A stretch of DNA of 64,000 nt from Escherichia coli O157:H7 (GTDB taxonomy: Bacteria; Pseudomonadota; Gammaproteobacteria; Enterobacterales; Enterobacteriaceae). The stretch lies in NCBI RefSeq assembly GCF_013167455.1, contig NZ_CP038328.1; one strand, 5' to 3'. How positions within the stretch are numbered: position 1 is the stretch's first letter; each line of letters starts with the position of its first letter. This document shows, piece after piece, positions 45,422-61,371 of the stretch. The position numbers and the translations under genes are program-made. The notes under the pieces were generated by a model. That model did no database searches. It was not told the origin of the DNA and was given only the letters and a program-made list of their open reading frames with translations.

Positions 45422-46417
45422 TTATTGCTGCGCAATGTTGACTCTTGTCACAGGCGAACTCTGACGATTCTCCCACAGCACCGTTAATCCACGCTGTAAT
45501 GCTATAAAAATAAACAACAAAATACCGATGGCGATTTTCGTCCACCATGAGCTCAGCGTACCATCAAAGTTTATGTAAGTCTGAATCAGTCCCTGAATCG
45601 CCACGCCAAAAAGCGTCCCTAATACCGTTCCAACGCCACCGCTCAAAAGCGTACCGCCAATCACCACTGAGGCGATAGCGTCCAGTTCCACACCTACGCC
45701 CGCCAGCGCGTATCCGGCCTGGGTATAAATCGAGAAGACAATCCCCGCCAGTGTCGCCAGTCCGGTAGAGAGCATATAAATGCGAATAGTTGTGCTGCGA
45801 GTGGAAATCCCCATCAGGTTTGCCGACGTCGCATTGCCGCCAATGGCGTACACCTGATTACCAAAGCGGGTACGATGCGCGAGGAATATGCCGATAACCA
45901 CCACCGCCAGCATCAGCAGCCCCATCGCACTTAAGCGACCGCCGCCAGGAATTTTCCATGCAAGGCTTGAGAGCGTGTCATAAACAGGATGGTTTATCGG
46001 GATCGACTCTTCCGAAACGAGGTAGCTGACGCCGCGCAAAAAGAACATTCCTGCCAAAGTAATGATAAATGCCGGGATCTTCAGGGCGTCGATCAAAAGC
46101 CCCATAAATGCGCCAAAGGCACAGCCCATTACCAGCACCAGCGGAAATGCCAGCAACGGCGAGAGGCCGAAATCGCCAATCACTTTTGCCAGAAACACGC
46201 CGGTAAAGGCGATCACCGAACCAACGGAGAGATCGATCCCACCGGAGAGGATCACAAAGGTCATGCCAACGGCGATTATCCCAAGAAAGGCATTATCGGT
46301 CAGGATATTGCAGATCACTCTTGTGGAAGCAAAACCGGGAAACTGGGTCAGGCAGTAGAGATAACCCAGCACAAAGACGCCGATGGTGATCATCAGTGGC
46401 AAATTACGTTTTATCAC
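45422..46417 (-). CDS. yjfF: Galactofuranose ABC transporter permease
   Basis: 331-aa multi-pass permease, last gene of the ytfQRT-yjfF cluster. Confidence 0.85.
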   Translation of the reverse strand: MIKRNLPLMITIGVFVLGYLYCLTQFPGFASTRVICNILTDNAFLGIIAVGMTFVILSGGIDLSVGSVIAFTGVFLAKVIGDFGLSPLLAFPLVLVMGCAFGAFMGLLIDALKIPAFIITLAGMFFLRGVSYLVSEESIPINHPVYDTLSSLAWKIPGGGRLSAMGLLMLAVVVIGIFLAHRTRFGNQVYAIGGNATSANLMGISTRSTTIRIYMLSTGLATLAGIVFSIYTQAGYALAGVGVELDAIASVVIGGTLLSGGVGTVLGTLFGVAIQGLIQTYINFDGTLSSWWTKIAIGILLFIFIALQRGLTVLWENRQSSPVTRVNIAQQ

Positions 46418-47456
46418 GGCTACGCACTCCTTTAATCAGACTGATAAAGCGTTGCGACTGGACAATCAGCACGCAAAGCACCACCACCGCTTTCACCACC
46501 TGGTTCATCTCTGGCGGAAAGCCCGAAAGCAAAATTCCGGTGTTCATCCCCTGAATAATCAGCGCCCCCACCACCGAAAGCAGTAGGTTAAAACGTCCGC
46601 CCATCAGCGAACCACCGCCAATCACCACCGCGAGAATGGCGTCCAGCTCCAGCCATAATCCGGCGTTGTTGGCATCGGCACCGCGAATATCCGCCGCCAC
46701 GATAATGCCCGCAATCGCCGCACACAGCCCGCTCAACACGTAGGTAAGCATGACGATGATCCGCGTGTTTACCCCGGCATTTTTTGCCGCCCGAATGTTG
46801 ATACCAACGGCTTCGATAAACATCCCCAGCGCCGTTTTGCGGGTCAACAGCCAGAACAGGATAAGCGTCAGCACCGCGATAATGACCGGCGTTGGCAGGA
46901 ACAACAGCGATCCACTGCCGAACCATGAGAGATCCGGCGAGTTAAACGTGATGATCTGTCCGGAGGTGATCAGTTGCGCCACGCCGCGCCCGGCGACCAT
47001 CAGGATCAGAGTGGCGACAAACGGCTGAATTTTGAGGATCGCTACCAGTATGCCGTTCCACAATCCCGCCAGGATGCCGGTGCCCAGGGCGCTTAACAAA
47101 ACAATCGGCAGGCTGAATCCCGCGACCGTCATCGCAGCCGTTGTGGCTCCGGCGATAGCCATCACCGCCCCTACGGAGAGATCAATCCCACCTGTTGCGA
47201 TCACCAGCGTCATACCAATCGCCAGTAGCGCAACGGGGGCGGCGCGATTAAGAATGTCGATAGGGCTACCGAACAAACGCCCATCCTGAAGCACCACCTG
47301 CCAGAAATGCGGGGCCACCAGGCTATCGACCAGCAGCACCAGCAACAGTGCCGCCAGCTGCGGCATTCCCGTTGGCCAGCGAAAGCGCCTTTTTGGCGGC
47401 GTAGTGTCCGGGAGAGATTGAGGCATCACACTGTTCTCCTTACGCCGCAATGGCAT
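46404..47456 (-). CDS. ytfT: Galactofuranose ABC transporter permease
   Basis: Multi-pass permease; true start may be the internal Met 10 codons downstream. Confidence 0.8.
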   Translation of the reverse strand: MPLRRKENSVMPQSLPDTTPPKRRFRWPTGMPQLAALLLVLLVDSLVAPHFWQVVLQDGRLFGSPIDILNRAAPVALLAIGMTLVIATGGIDLSVGAVMAIAGATTAAMTVAGFSLPIVLLSALGTGILAGLWNGILVAILKIQPFVATLILMVAGRGVAQLITSGQIITFNSPDLSWFGSGSLLFLPTPVIIAVLTLILFWLLTRKTALGMFIEAVGINIRAAKNAGVNTRIIVMLTYVLSGLCAAIAGIIVAADIRGADANNAGLWLELDAILAVVIGGGSLMGGRFNLLLSVVGALIIQGMNTGILLSGFPPEMNQVVKAVVVLCVLIVQSQRFISLIKGVRSRDKT

Positions 47457-48942
47457 TCATGATCGCCGGAACGGAAAGCTCTGCCAGCGGGATCTCCGCC
47501 ACCTGTTTGCGATCGCGCATGATGATCACCCGGTCGGCATAGCCCACCAGTTCTTCCAGTTCGGAGGAGATCACCAGCAGCGCCAGACCATCGGCGCATA
47601 GCGTTTCAATCAGGCGGATGATCTCGGCGTGGGCACCAACATCAATGCCGCGGGTTGGCTCATCGAGGATCAGAAATTGCGGTCGGGTCAGTAGCCAACG
47701 TGAAAGCAACACTTTTTGCTGATTGCCGCCGGAGAGAAATTCAATCGGTTGTTCAGTTGAAGGTGTGCGAATGCCAAGCTGGCGGATAAAGCGTTCGGCA
47801 ATCTCTTGCTGTTCTTTGCGGGAAATGGGACGTAGCCAGCCGCGCCGGGCCTGGAGAGCGAGGATGATATTTTCCCGCACCGAGGCGGCAGCGATGATGC
47901 CATCGGTTTTCCTGTCTTCCGGGCAGAAGCCAATGCCAAGTACCGAAGCCTGATGTGGCGATCGCAGGTTTTGCGGTTTGCCTTTGATCAACGCCGTGCC
48001 GCTGTCAGCAGGTTTGATACCGAAGATCACTTCGGCGGTTTCGGTACGTCCTGATCCCAGCAATCCAGCCAGACCGACGATCTCGCCGGGGCGTACTTCG
48101 AGATCAAACGGTGCGATCGTTCCTTTTTTGCCGTAATTTTTGAACGCGGCAACGGGTTTGTCGCTCAACAATGTTCGCCCGGCACGCTGTAGCGCGTGGG
48201 TATCCAGCTCGCGCCCCAGCATCATTTTTACCAGTTCGATCTGCGGTAGCTCGCACGTTTCCCGACAGCCTACGAAACTGCCGTTGCGTAAGACGGTGAT
48301 CCGATCGCTGACCTGATAGACCTGATCGAGAAAGTGAGTGACAAAGATCAGGCTGACGCCGCGATCGCGCAACTGACGCATCAGGTCAAACAGTAACTCC
48401 ACTTCCTGGGTGTCGAGACTGGCGGTGGGTTCATCGAGGATCAGCACTTTGGCAGAGAGATCGATAGCCCGGCAAATAGCGACGATTTGCTGCATCGCGA
48501 CTGAAAAGCGGTTGAGCGGTTCGCGCACGTCGAGGGAGAAACCGTAAGATGCCATCAGTTCGGTGGCGCGCTTTTCCATCTCTTTGCGGCGTAGAAGGCC
48601 GAAGCGTTTGGGTTCGCGGCCTATAAATAGATTATCAGCGACCGACATATTGGGTAGCAGGTTGACTTCCTGATAGACGGTGCCAATGCCGAGTTGTTGC
48701 GCGTGGGCGGTATTTTTCGGTGAGATAGCCTGGCCTTCCAGCCAGATGGTGCCGCGATCAGCGTGGTATACACCAGTTAATGCTTTGATTAGCGTTGATT
48801 TTCCCGCCCCGTTTTCACCGAGCAGCGCCATGATTTCGCCACGGCGCAGGCTGAAATCAACGTTGTCTAACGCTTTGACGCCGGGGAAAAATTTACTTAA
48901 TCCTTCGGTGCGGAGGATCTCCTGGTGTTGGTCGGTCGTCAT
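47440..48942 (-). CDS. ytfR: Galactofuranose ABC transporter ATP-binding protein (duplicated ABC domains)
   Basis: 500-aa translation with two Walker A motifs (GENGAGKS; GLLGSGRT). Confidence 0.85.
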   Translation of the reverse strand: MTTDQHQEILRTEGLSKFFPGVKALDNVDFSLRRGEIMALLGENGAGKSTLIKALTGVYHADRGTIWLEGQAISPKNTAHAQQLGIGTVYQEVNLLPNMSVADNLFIGREPKRFGLLRRKEMEKRATELMASYGFSLDVREPLNRFSVAMQQIVAICRAIDLSAKVLILDEPTASLDTQEVELLFDLMRQLRDRGVSLIFVTHFLDQVYQVSDRITVLRNGSFVGCRETCELPQIELVKMMLGRELDTHALQRAGRTLLSDKPVAAFKNYGKKGTIAPFDLEVRPGEIVGLAGLLGSGRTETAEVIFGIKPADSGTALIKGKPQNLRSPHQASVLGIGFCPEDRKTDGIIAAASVRENIILALQARRGWLRPISRKEQQEIAERFIRQLGIRTPSTEQPIEFLSGGNQQKVLLSRWLLTRPQFLILDEPTRGIDVGAHAEIIRLIETLCADGLALLVISSELEELVGYADRVIIMRDRKQVAEIPLAELSVPAIMNAIAA

Positions 48943-48964
48943 GGTTTCCCCCGGTGTAAAGCGT

Positions 48965-49075
48965 GCTCCCAGTAGGCATGATAAGACGCGGTAAGCGTCG
49001 CATCAGGCTTCAGTGCACCATCGCCGGATGCGGCGCGAGCGCCTTATCCGGCCTACGAATCGGCATCAGGCATAG
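48965..49075. repeat. REP elements between ytfR and ytfQ
   Basis: GCATGATAAGACGCGGTAAGCGTCGCATCAGGC ... GCCGGATGCGGCGCGAGCGCCTTATCCGGCCTAC. Confidence 0.75.
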
Positions 49076-49081
49076 CAACCC

Positions 49082-50038
49082 TCAATACCCCATATTTTTC
49101 TTCTTCTCTAACTCTTCTTTTGCGGTATCAGGCAGGTAAAGGGTGGATTTGGTTAACGTCAGCTTTTCAGGCATGGTGCCGTCTTTTTTGTATTTCTCCA
49201 GCGCATCGAAAGCGGGTCCCGCCATGTTCGGCGTCAGTTCAACACTGGCGTTCGCTTCGCCATCCATCATCGCTTTGTAGATGTCCGGTACACCGTCAAT
49301 GGAACCCGTGAGGATATCTTTGCCCGGTTTCAGGCCCGCTTCTTTAATTGCCTGAATTGCACCAATCACCATGTCGTCGTTATGGGCGTAAACCATGCAG
49401 ATGTTTTTGCCGTTGTTTTCCGCTTTGATAAAGCTCTCCATGACTTCTTTGCCTTTACTGCGGGTGAAGTCACCTGACTGCGAGCGGATGATTTTGATAT
49501 TTGGCGCATTCTTAATGGCTTCGGCAAAGCCTTTCTTACGGTCAATGGCGACGCTGGCCCCAACGGTGCCCTGCAGCTCCACCACGTTGCATGGTTTGCC
49601 ATTCACTTCTTTTACCAGCCAGTCACCGATCAACTTACCTTCGAGGATGTTGTCGGCAGTAACGGTGGTCATATAGAGAGATTTGTCTTTCACATCGATG
49701 GAACGGTCGAGCAAGAAGACCGGGATTTCGGCATCTTTCGCCTCTTTTAATACCGGTTCCCAACCTGTCGCGACCACCGGAGCGATAAAGATCGCATCCA
49801 CCCCTTGTGCAACGAAGGAACGTACCGCTTTAATCTGGTTTTCCTGCTTTTGCTGACCATCGGCAATTTTCAGCGTAATTCCGCGTTTTTCGGCCTCACT
49901 TTTCGCCACATTGGTTTCTGCGGCGCGCCAGCCGGATTCCGATCCGACCTGCGAAAATCCTACGGTTAATGGAGCGGCCAACGCCATAGACGACATGGCT
50001 GCCGAGACTGCAGAGACTACAAGTAAGCGTTTCCACAT
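49082..50038 (-). CDS. ytfQ: Periplasmic galactofuranose-binding protein
   Basis: 318-aa translation with N-terminal signal peptide, periplasmic-binding-protein fold. Confidence 0.85.
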   Translation of the reverse strand: MWKRLLVVSAVSAAMSSMALAAPLTVGFSQVGSESGWRAAETNVAKSEAEKRGITLKIADGQQKQENQIKAVRSFVAQGVDAIFIAPVVATGWEPVLKEAKDAEIPVFLLDRSIDVKDKSLYMTTVTADNILEGKLIGDWLVKEVNGKPCNVVELQGTVGASVAIDRKKGFAEAIKNAPNIKIIRSQSGDFTRSKGKEVMESFIKAENNGKNICMVYAHNDDMVIGAIQAIKEAGLKPGKDILTGSIDGVPDIYKAMMDGEANASVELTPNMAGPAFDALEKYKKDGTMPEKLTLTKSTLYLPDTAKEELEKKKNMGY

Positions 50039-50347
50039 AGGGTTGTCCTCGTCGGAGTAATTATTATTGGTGAAAAGATGTTCGCGAAAAAACTATAGAC
50101 AATTCGTTATGTAACGGATTGCGTTACATCACACTTCAAAAAAGTAAATAAAACGTTAATCACAAGTTTGTAATCGCTTTCATCTCACTATGAAAAATGC
50201 GGCTACGGTTATGGATTTTCCTGCTCTGCATACCGTCTTAAAACTGGCGAAAAAGGAAAATGAAGACGAAAACAAGCGAAGACATTCGGCGCGAGTTGGC
50301 TATAATACTCGGCACTTGTTTGCCACATATTTTTAAAGGAAACAGAC

Positions 50348-50878
50348 ATGAGCTTACTCAACGTCCCTGCGGGTAAAGATCTGCCGGAAGACATCTACGT
50401 TGTTATTGAGATCCCGGCTAACGCAGATCCGATCAAATACGAAATCGACAAAGAGAGCGGCGCACTGTTCGTTGACCGCTTCATGTCCACCGCGATGTTC
50501 TATCCGTGCAACTACGGTTACATCAACCACACCCTGTCTCTGGACGGTGACCCAGTTGACGTACTGGTCCCAACTCCGTACCCGCTGCAGCCGGGTTCTG
50601 TGATCCGTTGCCGTCCGGTTGGCGTTCTGAAAATGACCGACGAAGCCGGTGAAGATGCGAAACTGGTTGCGGTTCCGCACAGCAAGCTGAGCAAAGAATA
50701 CGATCACATTAAAGACGTTAACGATCTGCCTGAACTGCTGAAAGCGCAAATCGCTCACTTCTTCGAGCACTACAAAGACCTCGAAAAAGGCAAGTGGGTG
50801 AAAGTTGAAGGTTGGGAAAACGCAGAAGCCGCTAAAGCTGAAATCGTTGCCTCCTTCGAGCGCGCAAAGAATAAATAA
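50348..50878 (+). CDS. ppa: Inorganic pyrophosphatase
   Basis: 176-aa translation [24 protein letters not shown]... Confidence 0.95.
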   Translation: MSLLNVPAGKDLPEDIYVVIEIPANADPIKYEIDKESGALFVDRFMSTAMFYPCNYGYINHTLSLDGDPVDVLVPTPYPLQPGSVIRCRPVGVLKMTDEAGEDAKLVAVPHSKLSKEYDHIKDVNDLPELLKAQIAHFFEHYKDLEKGKWVKVEGWENAEAAKAEIVASFERAKNK

Positions 50879-50893
50879 GTTCTTCTGGCGTAA

Positions 50894-50932
50894 TAACCCT
50901 GAACGCCGGGCTTCGGTTAGTAAGGGTTTTTT
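50894..50932 (+). terminator. Intrinsic terminator after ppa
   Basis: AACCCT...AGGGTT hairpin followed by TTTTTTT. Confidence 0.6.
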
Positions 50933-50957
50933 TATGCCCGCGATAAATAAACACACC

Positions 50958-51308
50958 TTATTCCACCACCGCCTGCAAGCGTAATAACGCCTCTTCCACC
51001 ACCTCATCCGCAGCCAGACCAATACGCTTTGCCAGCCGGGCGCGTAGATCCATCATCCGCACCTGATTAACCAGCACCACGCCGTGCACATCGCCTTCTT
51101 CGCAATGTAAAGGAACGCTAAATCCGGCATAACGGGCAAAATTTCCACCCTGCGTAATGGGGGCCACCAGCGTCATTCCCAGTTGATTAAAGGCTTGAAC
51201 GGAGAGCACAAGCGCAGGTCGACCAGCACCTTGCTGTTCATGGCCGCTTGCTGGATCAAAGCCAACCAGCACAATGTCTCCCCGTTCAAATTCACTTTTC
51301 TTTACCAT
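50958..51308 (-). CDS. chpB: MazF-like endoribonuclease toxin ChpB
   Basis: 116-aa translation MVKKSEFERGDIVLVGFDPASGHEQ... Confidence 0.85.
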   Translation of the reverse strand: MVKKSEFERGDIVLVGFDPASGHEQQGAGRPALVLSVQAFNQLGMTLVAPITQGGNFARYAGFSVPLHCEEGDVHGVVLVNQVRMMDLRARLAKRIGLAADEVVEEALLRLQAVVE

Positions 51309-51553
51309 ATTTCGTCACCCGCAGGGGTGGATTTACCCCAGACATCCTGCTCGCTAAGTTCCGCGGCGTTCATGTCACACTGTGCCAGCAGTTCATCAAG
51401 CGAGTAGCGCCTGGAGATGGGTGTCAGAATCAGTTGGTTGTTGCTCACCTGCACTTCCACGCTCTGCCCCGGCTGTAAGTTAAGTTCTTTCATTACGATA
51501 TTGGGAATGACCATACCTGCACTGTTCCCCCATCTTTTTATGGTAATACGCAT
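51302..51553 (-). CDS. chpS: Antitoxin ChpS (AbrB/MazE-like)
   Basis: Translation MRITIKRWGNSAGMVIPNIVMKEL...; overlaps chpB start; ORF track begins 2 codons upstream. Confidence 0.85.
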   Translation of the reverse strand: MRITIKRWGNSAGMVIPNIVMKELNLQPGQSVEVQVSNNQLILTPISRRYSLDELLAQCDMNAAELSEQDVWGKSTPAGDEIW

Positions 51554-51764
51554 CTGCACCTCCTTAAGTTATACAAAGTATAACTCACGGTGCTACAGGA
51601 AACGTTTTACCCCTGCGCATTTGTGAATGCCAGCAGAGTTTTTTATGCGTTAATAGATATGGAAAGCGGCTCGGAGAGAAAAGCAAAAGGTGAGGGAATT
51701 ACAAAACAGAATGCGAGTCGTCTCGCAAAAAACAACGCCACCCGAAGGTGGCGTATGCATAGGG

Positions 51765-52106
51765 TTACTTATCCCTGTCTAACCAGTCGCCGCTTTCAAT
51801 TAGCTTTAATCCATCGACGGGTCGTTGATAAACGTACATCCATGCACTCCCGTACGGCGTCTGAATCAACTGGCGCGCGTATTCACCGCCCCTGGTGCGC
51901 AAGGCATCAAGTTCGGCCAGCGTGGCGTTGTCAATACGATAAACTTCACCGTGTACCGTTCCGTTCCCCGGAACTGCGCCTGGATAGTGGCCCAGGCTAT
52001 ACAACTGGTAGTTATCGATACTGAAATCGCCCAGTAACTGGGCATTGGTCATCCAGTGACTGTTGCCTTGTTTGTGGCGTAAACTGCCGTAGACAAATAT
52101 TCGCAT
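51765..52106 (-). CDS. ytfP: Gamma-glutamylcyclotransferase-family protein YtfP
   Basis: 113-aa translation MRIFVYGSLRHKQGNSHWM... Confidence 0.8.
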   Translation of the reverse strand: MRIFVYGSLRHKQGNSHWMTNAQLLGDFSIDNYQLYSLGHYPGAVPGNGTVHGEVYRIDNATLAELDALRTRGGEYARQLIQTPYGSAWMYVYQRPVDGLKLIESGDWLDRDK

Positions 52107-52108
52107 TG

Positions 52109-57660
<5,552 letters not shown>

Positions 57661-57823
57661 TTAAACGGCTTAACAAAAATCCAGTAATATGGATTAAAAA
57701 GCAGACTAAACCCCAAATATTTCTTATGTTTTACTTTAGACCTATTCACGGTGGTTATTGTGTGCAAATACGCCTCTTGTTACAACCTTAACCCCAATGA
57801 CCGATTTTCGGGAGAGCGACACC

Positions 57824-58462
57824 ATGAGTTTATTTGATAAAAAGCATCTGGTTTCCCCCGCCGATGCCCTGCCTGGACGTAACACCCCGATGCCCGTAGC
57901 CACGCTGCATGCGGTTAACGGTCACTCAATGACCAATGTACCTGACGGAATGGAGATTGCCATTTTTGCGATGGGTTGTTTCTGGGGTGTGGAGCGTCTG
58001 TTCTGGCAGTTACACGGCGTTTACAGCACCGCCGCAGGTTATACCGGCGGCTATACGCCAAATCCGACTTATCGGGAAGTGTGCTCCGGTGATACTGGTC
58101 ATGCCGAAGCGGTACGCATTGTTTACGATCCTTCCGTCATCAGCTATGAGCAGTTGCTACAGGTATTTTGGGAGAATCACGATCCCGCCCAGGGAATGCG
58201 TCAGGGCAATGACCACGGCACGCAGTATCGTTCAGCGATTTATCCGCTGACCCCAGAACAGGATGCCGCAGCTCGCGCCAGTCTGGAACGTTTTCAGGCG
58301 GCGATGCTTGCCGCCGATGACGATCGTCACATCACCACGGAAATCGCTAACGCCACACCGTTTTATTATGCCGAAGATGACCACCAGCAATATCTGCATA
58401 AAAACCCGTACGGTTACTGTGGAATTGGCGGAATTGGCGTCTGTCTGCCACCGGAAGCATAG
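57824..58462 (+). CDS. msrA: Peptide methionine sulfoxide reductase A
   Basis: 212-aa translation with GCFWG active-site motif; ORF track start is 22 codons upstream. Confidence 0.9.
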   Translation: MSLFDKKHLVSPADALPGRNTPMPVATLHAVNGHSMTNVPDGMEIAIFAMGCFWGVERLFWQLHGVYSTAAGYTGGYTPNPTYREVCSGDTGHAEAVRIVYDPSVISYEQLLQVFWENHDPAQGMRQGNDHGTQYRSAIYPLTPEQDAAARASLERFQAAMLAADDDRHITTEIANATPFYYAEDDHQQYLHKNPYGYCGIGGIGVCLPPEA

Positions 58463-58507
58463 CGTTACGGGTACAAATGTAGATTGTTGATAAAGTGCGT
58501 TTTGTTT

Positions 58508-58612
58508 ATGCCGGATGCGGCGTAAACGCCTTGCCAGGCCTACAAAATCGTCCAAATTCAATATATTGCAAGGACTGCGTAGGCCTGATCGGCATAGCGC
58601 ATCAGGCAGTTT
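58508..58612. repeat. REP elements downstream of msrA
   Basis: GCCGGATGCGGCGTAAACGCCTTGCCAGGCCTACA ... GTAGGCCTGATCGGCATAGCGCATCAGGC. Confidence 0.65.
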
Positions 58613-58784
58613 TGCATTTTTCAGCTGTCTGAATTTTAACCCTCTGGCGGCTTTACAGTACCTTACGCTATACTAGCCACTGAAAATGCCGGTTCACTTT
58701 CTTCGAATCGGCTTTCAATGTGTATTTCACACAAATTAATCAACTTCCCCTTCCGAGGATCTGGCCTGAAAGGTCGGATAAGAT

Positions 58785-60128
58785 ATGTTAAACAGTATTT
58801 TAGTCATACTCTGCTTGATCGCTGTAAGTGCGTTCTTCTCGATGTCTGAGATCTCACTTGCCGCCTCACGCAAAATCAAACTTAAACTGCTGGCTGATGA
58901 AGGCAATATAAATGCCCAACGCGTTCTGAATATGCAGGAAAATCCCGGCATGTTCTTTACCGTGGTCCAAATCGGTCTGAACGCAGTGGCGATTCTCGGC
59001 GGTATCGTCGGTGATGCGGCATTTTCTCCAGCTTTTCACAGCCTGTTCTCCCGCTATATGTCGGCAGAGCTCTCTGAGCAACTGAGCTTTATTCTCTCTT
59101 TCTCGTTAGTGACTGGCATGTTTATCCTGTTTGCGGATTTAACCCCGAAACGCATCGGTATGATTGCGCCAGAAGCTGTGGCTTTGCGTATCATCAACCC
59201 GATGCGCTTCTGCCTGTACGTTTGCACCCCGCTGGTGTGGTTCTTCAACGGCCTGGCGAACATAATCTTCCGTATTTTCAAACTGCCAATGGTACGTAAA
59301 GATGACATCACTTCTGATGACATCTACGCGGTAGTGGAAGCCGGTGCGCTGGCGGGCGTGTTACGTAAACAGGAACACGAGCTGATTGAAAACGTCTTTG
59401 AGCTGGAATCCCGTACCGTTCCGTCTTCAATGACACCGCGTGAAAACGTGATTTGGTTTGATCTCCACGAAGATGAGCAAAGTCTGAAAAATAAGGTGGC
59501 GGAACATCCGCACTCTAAGTTCCTCGTCTGTAATGAAGATATTGACCACATCATCGGCTATGTCGATTCTAAAGACCTGCTGAACCGCGTGCTGGCTAAC
59601 CAAAGCCTGGCACTGAACAGCGGCGTACAAATTCGCAACACGCTGATTGTGCCGGATACGTTAACCCTTTCAGAGGCGTTGGAAAGTTTTAAAACCGCAG
59701 GAGAAGACTTCGCGGTGATCATGAACGAGTACGCGCTGGTAGTGGGGATCATCACCCTCAACGACGTGATGACCACGCTGATGGGCGATCTGGTCGGTCA
59801 GGGACTGGAAGAGCAGATTGTCGCCCGTGATGAGAACTCATGGCTGATTGACGGCGGCACTCCGATTGACGACGTCATGCGCGTGCTGGATATTGACGAG
59901 TTCCCGCAGTCGGGCAACTACGAAACCATCGGCGGCTTTATGATGTTTATGCTGCGTAAGATCCCGAAACGCACCGATTCGGTGAAATTCGCCGGCTACA
60001 AATTTGAAGTGGTGGATATCGATAACTACCGCATCGACCAGCTGCTGGTGACCCGGATCGACAGCAAGGCCACAGCCCTTTCGCCAAAACTGCCTGACGC
60101 TAAAGATAAAGAAGAAAGCGTCGCGTAA
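58785..60128 (+). CDS. ytfL: CNNM/CorC-family inner-membrane protein YtfL (DUF21 + CBS + CorC_HlyC)
   Basis: 447-aa translation with N-terminal membrane domain and C-terminal CBS-pair region. Confidence 0.85.
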   Translation: MLNSILVILCLIAVSAFFSMSEISLAASRKIKLKLLADEGNINAQRVLNMQENPGMFFTVVQIGLNAVAILGGIVGDAAFSPAFHSLFSRYMSAELSEQLSFILSFSLVTGMFILFADLTPKRIGMIAPEAVALRIINPMRFCLYVCTPLVWFFNGLANIIFRIFKLPMVRKDDITSDDIYAVVEAGALAGVLRKQEHELIENVFELESRTVPSSMTPRENVIWFDLHEDEQSLKNKVAEHPHSKFLVCNEDIDHIIGYVDSKDLLNRVLANQSLALNSGVQIRNTLIVPDTLTLSEALESFKTAGEDFAVIMNEYALVVGIITLNDVMTTLMGDLVGQGLEEQIVARDENSWLIDGGTPIDDVMRVLDIDEFPQSGNYETIGGFMMFMLRKIPKRTDSVKFAGYKFEVVDIDNYRIDQLLVTRIDSKATALSPKLPDAKDKEESVA

Positions 60129-60144
60129 CCCCCATAAACATCAA

Positions 60145-60165
60145 CGGCTCCTGAATCAGGAGCCG
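60145..60165. terminator. Hairpin terminator between convergent ytfL and ytfK
   Basis: CGGCTCCTGA-ATC-AGGAGCCG perfect hairpin. Confidence 0.5.
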
Positions 60166-60170
60166 TCTTA

Positions 60171-60221
60171 TTACTGCATAGCACTTTTTACTGCATAGCA
60201 CTTTTTACTGCATAGCACTTT
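60171..60221. repeat. Three perfect tandem copies of a 17-bp unit (TTACTGCATAGCACTTT)
   Basis: Counted base by base; located immediately 3' of ytfK and of the ytfL terminator hairpin. Confidence 0.85.
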
Positions 60222-60223
60222 GG

Positions 60224-60430
60224 TTAAGCCATCTCTGTTTGCAGACGCATAACCTGACGGTTAACTTCGGACATCACTGACAAATGCAGCTTATCCTTCA
60301 CTTTTGGGATAAGAATCTTACCCTTATCGAATTCAAAAGCGCCAACGTCCTTGATGTATAATCGTCCACGGAACAGGATCTTTACGTACTTCGCCACCTG
60401 AAGTGGGTTGTACCGTTGGAAAATTTTCAT
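60224..60430 (-). CDS. ytfK: Small protein YtfK (DUF1107)
   Basis: 68-aa translation [28 protein letters not shown]...; ORF track begins 22 codons upstream. Confidence 0.8.
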
Positions 60431-60754
60431 TGTTATCTCCTGCTGAGTATTACGCCTGTGCGGTGCCACAATCGGCCCAACTATTATGAGGCGCAAATTT
60501 TAATGCTTAGTGACTATAGACTATCCGGGCAATGTTTCCACCGCGTATAACTTTTTTTACCTAAAGGTTACAATTATTCAGAATTATCTTTTTACCGAAG
60601 CGCGGTCTTCAGTATAAGCATTCATTTTTCATATGATTTGTGCGCTTGACCGCAAACTGGCATCACACTTGCGGGAAATTCGATAAATAGCACATATGAT
60701 TAAAACTCAGACCCAAGTGGTCGGATCACCTGCATATCATAAGAAGGAAACACC

Positions 60755-61309
60755 ATGACCCTACGCAAGATTCTGGCACTCACCTGCCTGCTGTTGCCGA
60801 TGATGGCTTCCGCACATCAGTTCGAAACCGGTCAGCGAGTGCCGCCGATTGGCATTACCGATCGGGGCGAGTTGGTGCTTGATAAAGATCAGTTTAGCTA
60901 CAAAACCTGGAACAGCGCGCAGTTAGTGGGAAAAGTGCGAGTACTGCAACATATTGCTGGTCGCACCTCTGCAAAAGAGAAAAACGCGACGCTGATTGAA
61001 GCGATTAAATCAGCGAAGTTACCGCACGATCGTTACCAGACCACCACCATTGTTAACACCGACGACGCGATTCCGGGTTCCGGCATGTTTGTGCGCAGCA
61101 GTCTGGAGAGTAATAAAAAGCTTTATCCCTGGTCGCAGTTTATTGTCGATAGCAATGGCGTCGCGCGCGGTGCCTGGCAGCTGGATGAAGAAAGTTCCGC
61201 TGTAGTGGTGCTGGATAAAGACGGTCGCGTGCAATGGGCCAAAGACGGGGCGCTCACTCAGGAAGAGGTGCAGCAAGTGATGGACCTGCTGCAAAAGTTG
61301 CTCAAATAA
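60755..61309 (+). CDS. ytfJ: Periplasmic protein YtfJ
   Basis: 184-aa translation with signal peptide. Confidence 0.8.
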   Translation: MTLRKILALTCLLLPMMASAHQFETGQRVPPIGITDRGELVLDKDQFSYKTWNSAQLVGKVRVLQHIAGRTSAKEKNATLIEAIKSAKLPHDRYQTTTIVNTDDAIPGSGMFVRSSLESNKKLYPWSQFIVDSNGVARGAWQLDEESSAVVVLDKDGRVQWAKDGALTQEEVQQVMDLLQKLLK

Positions 61310-61371
61310 TGGCAATAACATAAATTCTGCAAAAATAATTTTCCCCTATCGTTATCTATGGGATAGGGGAA

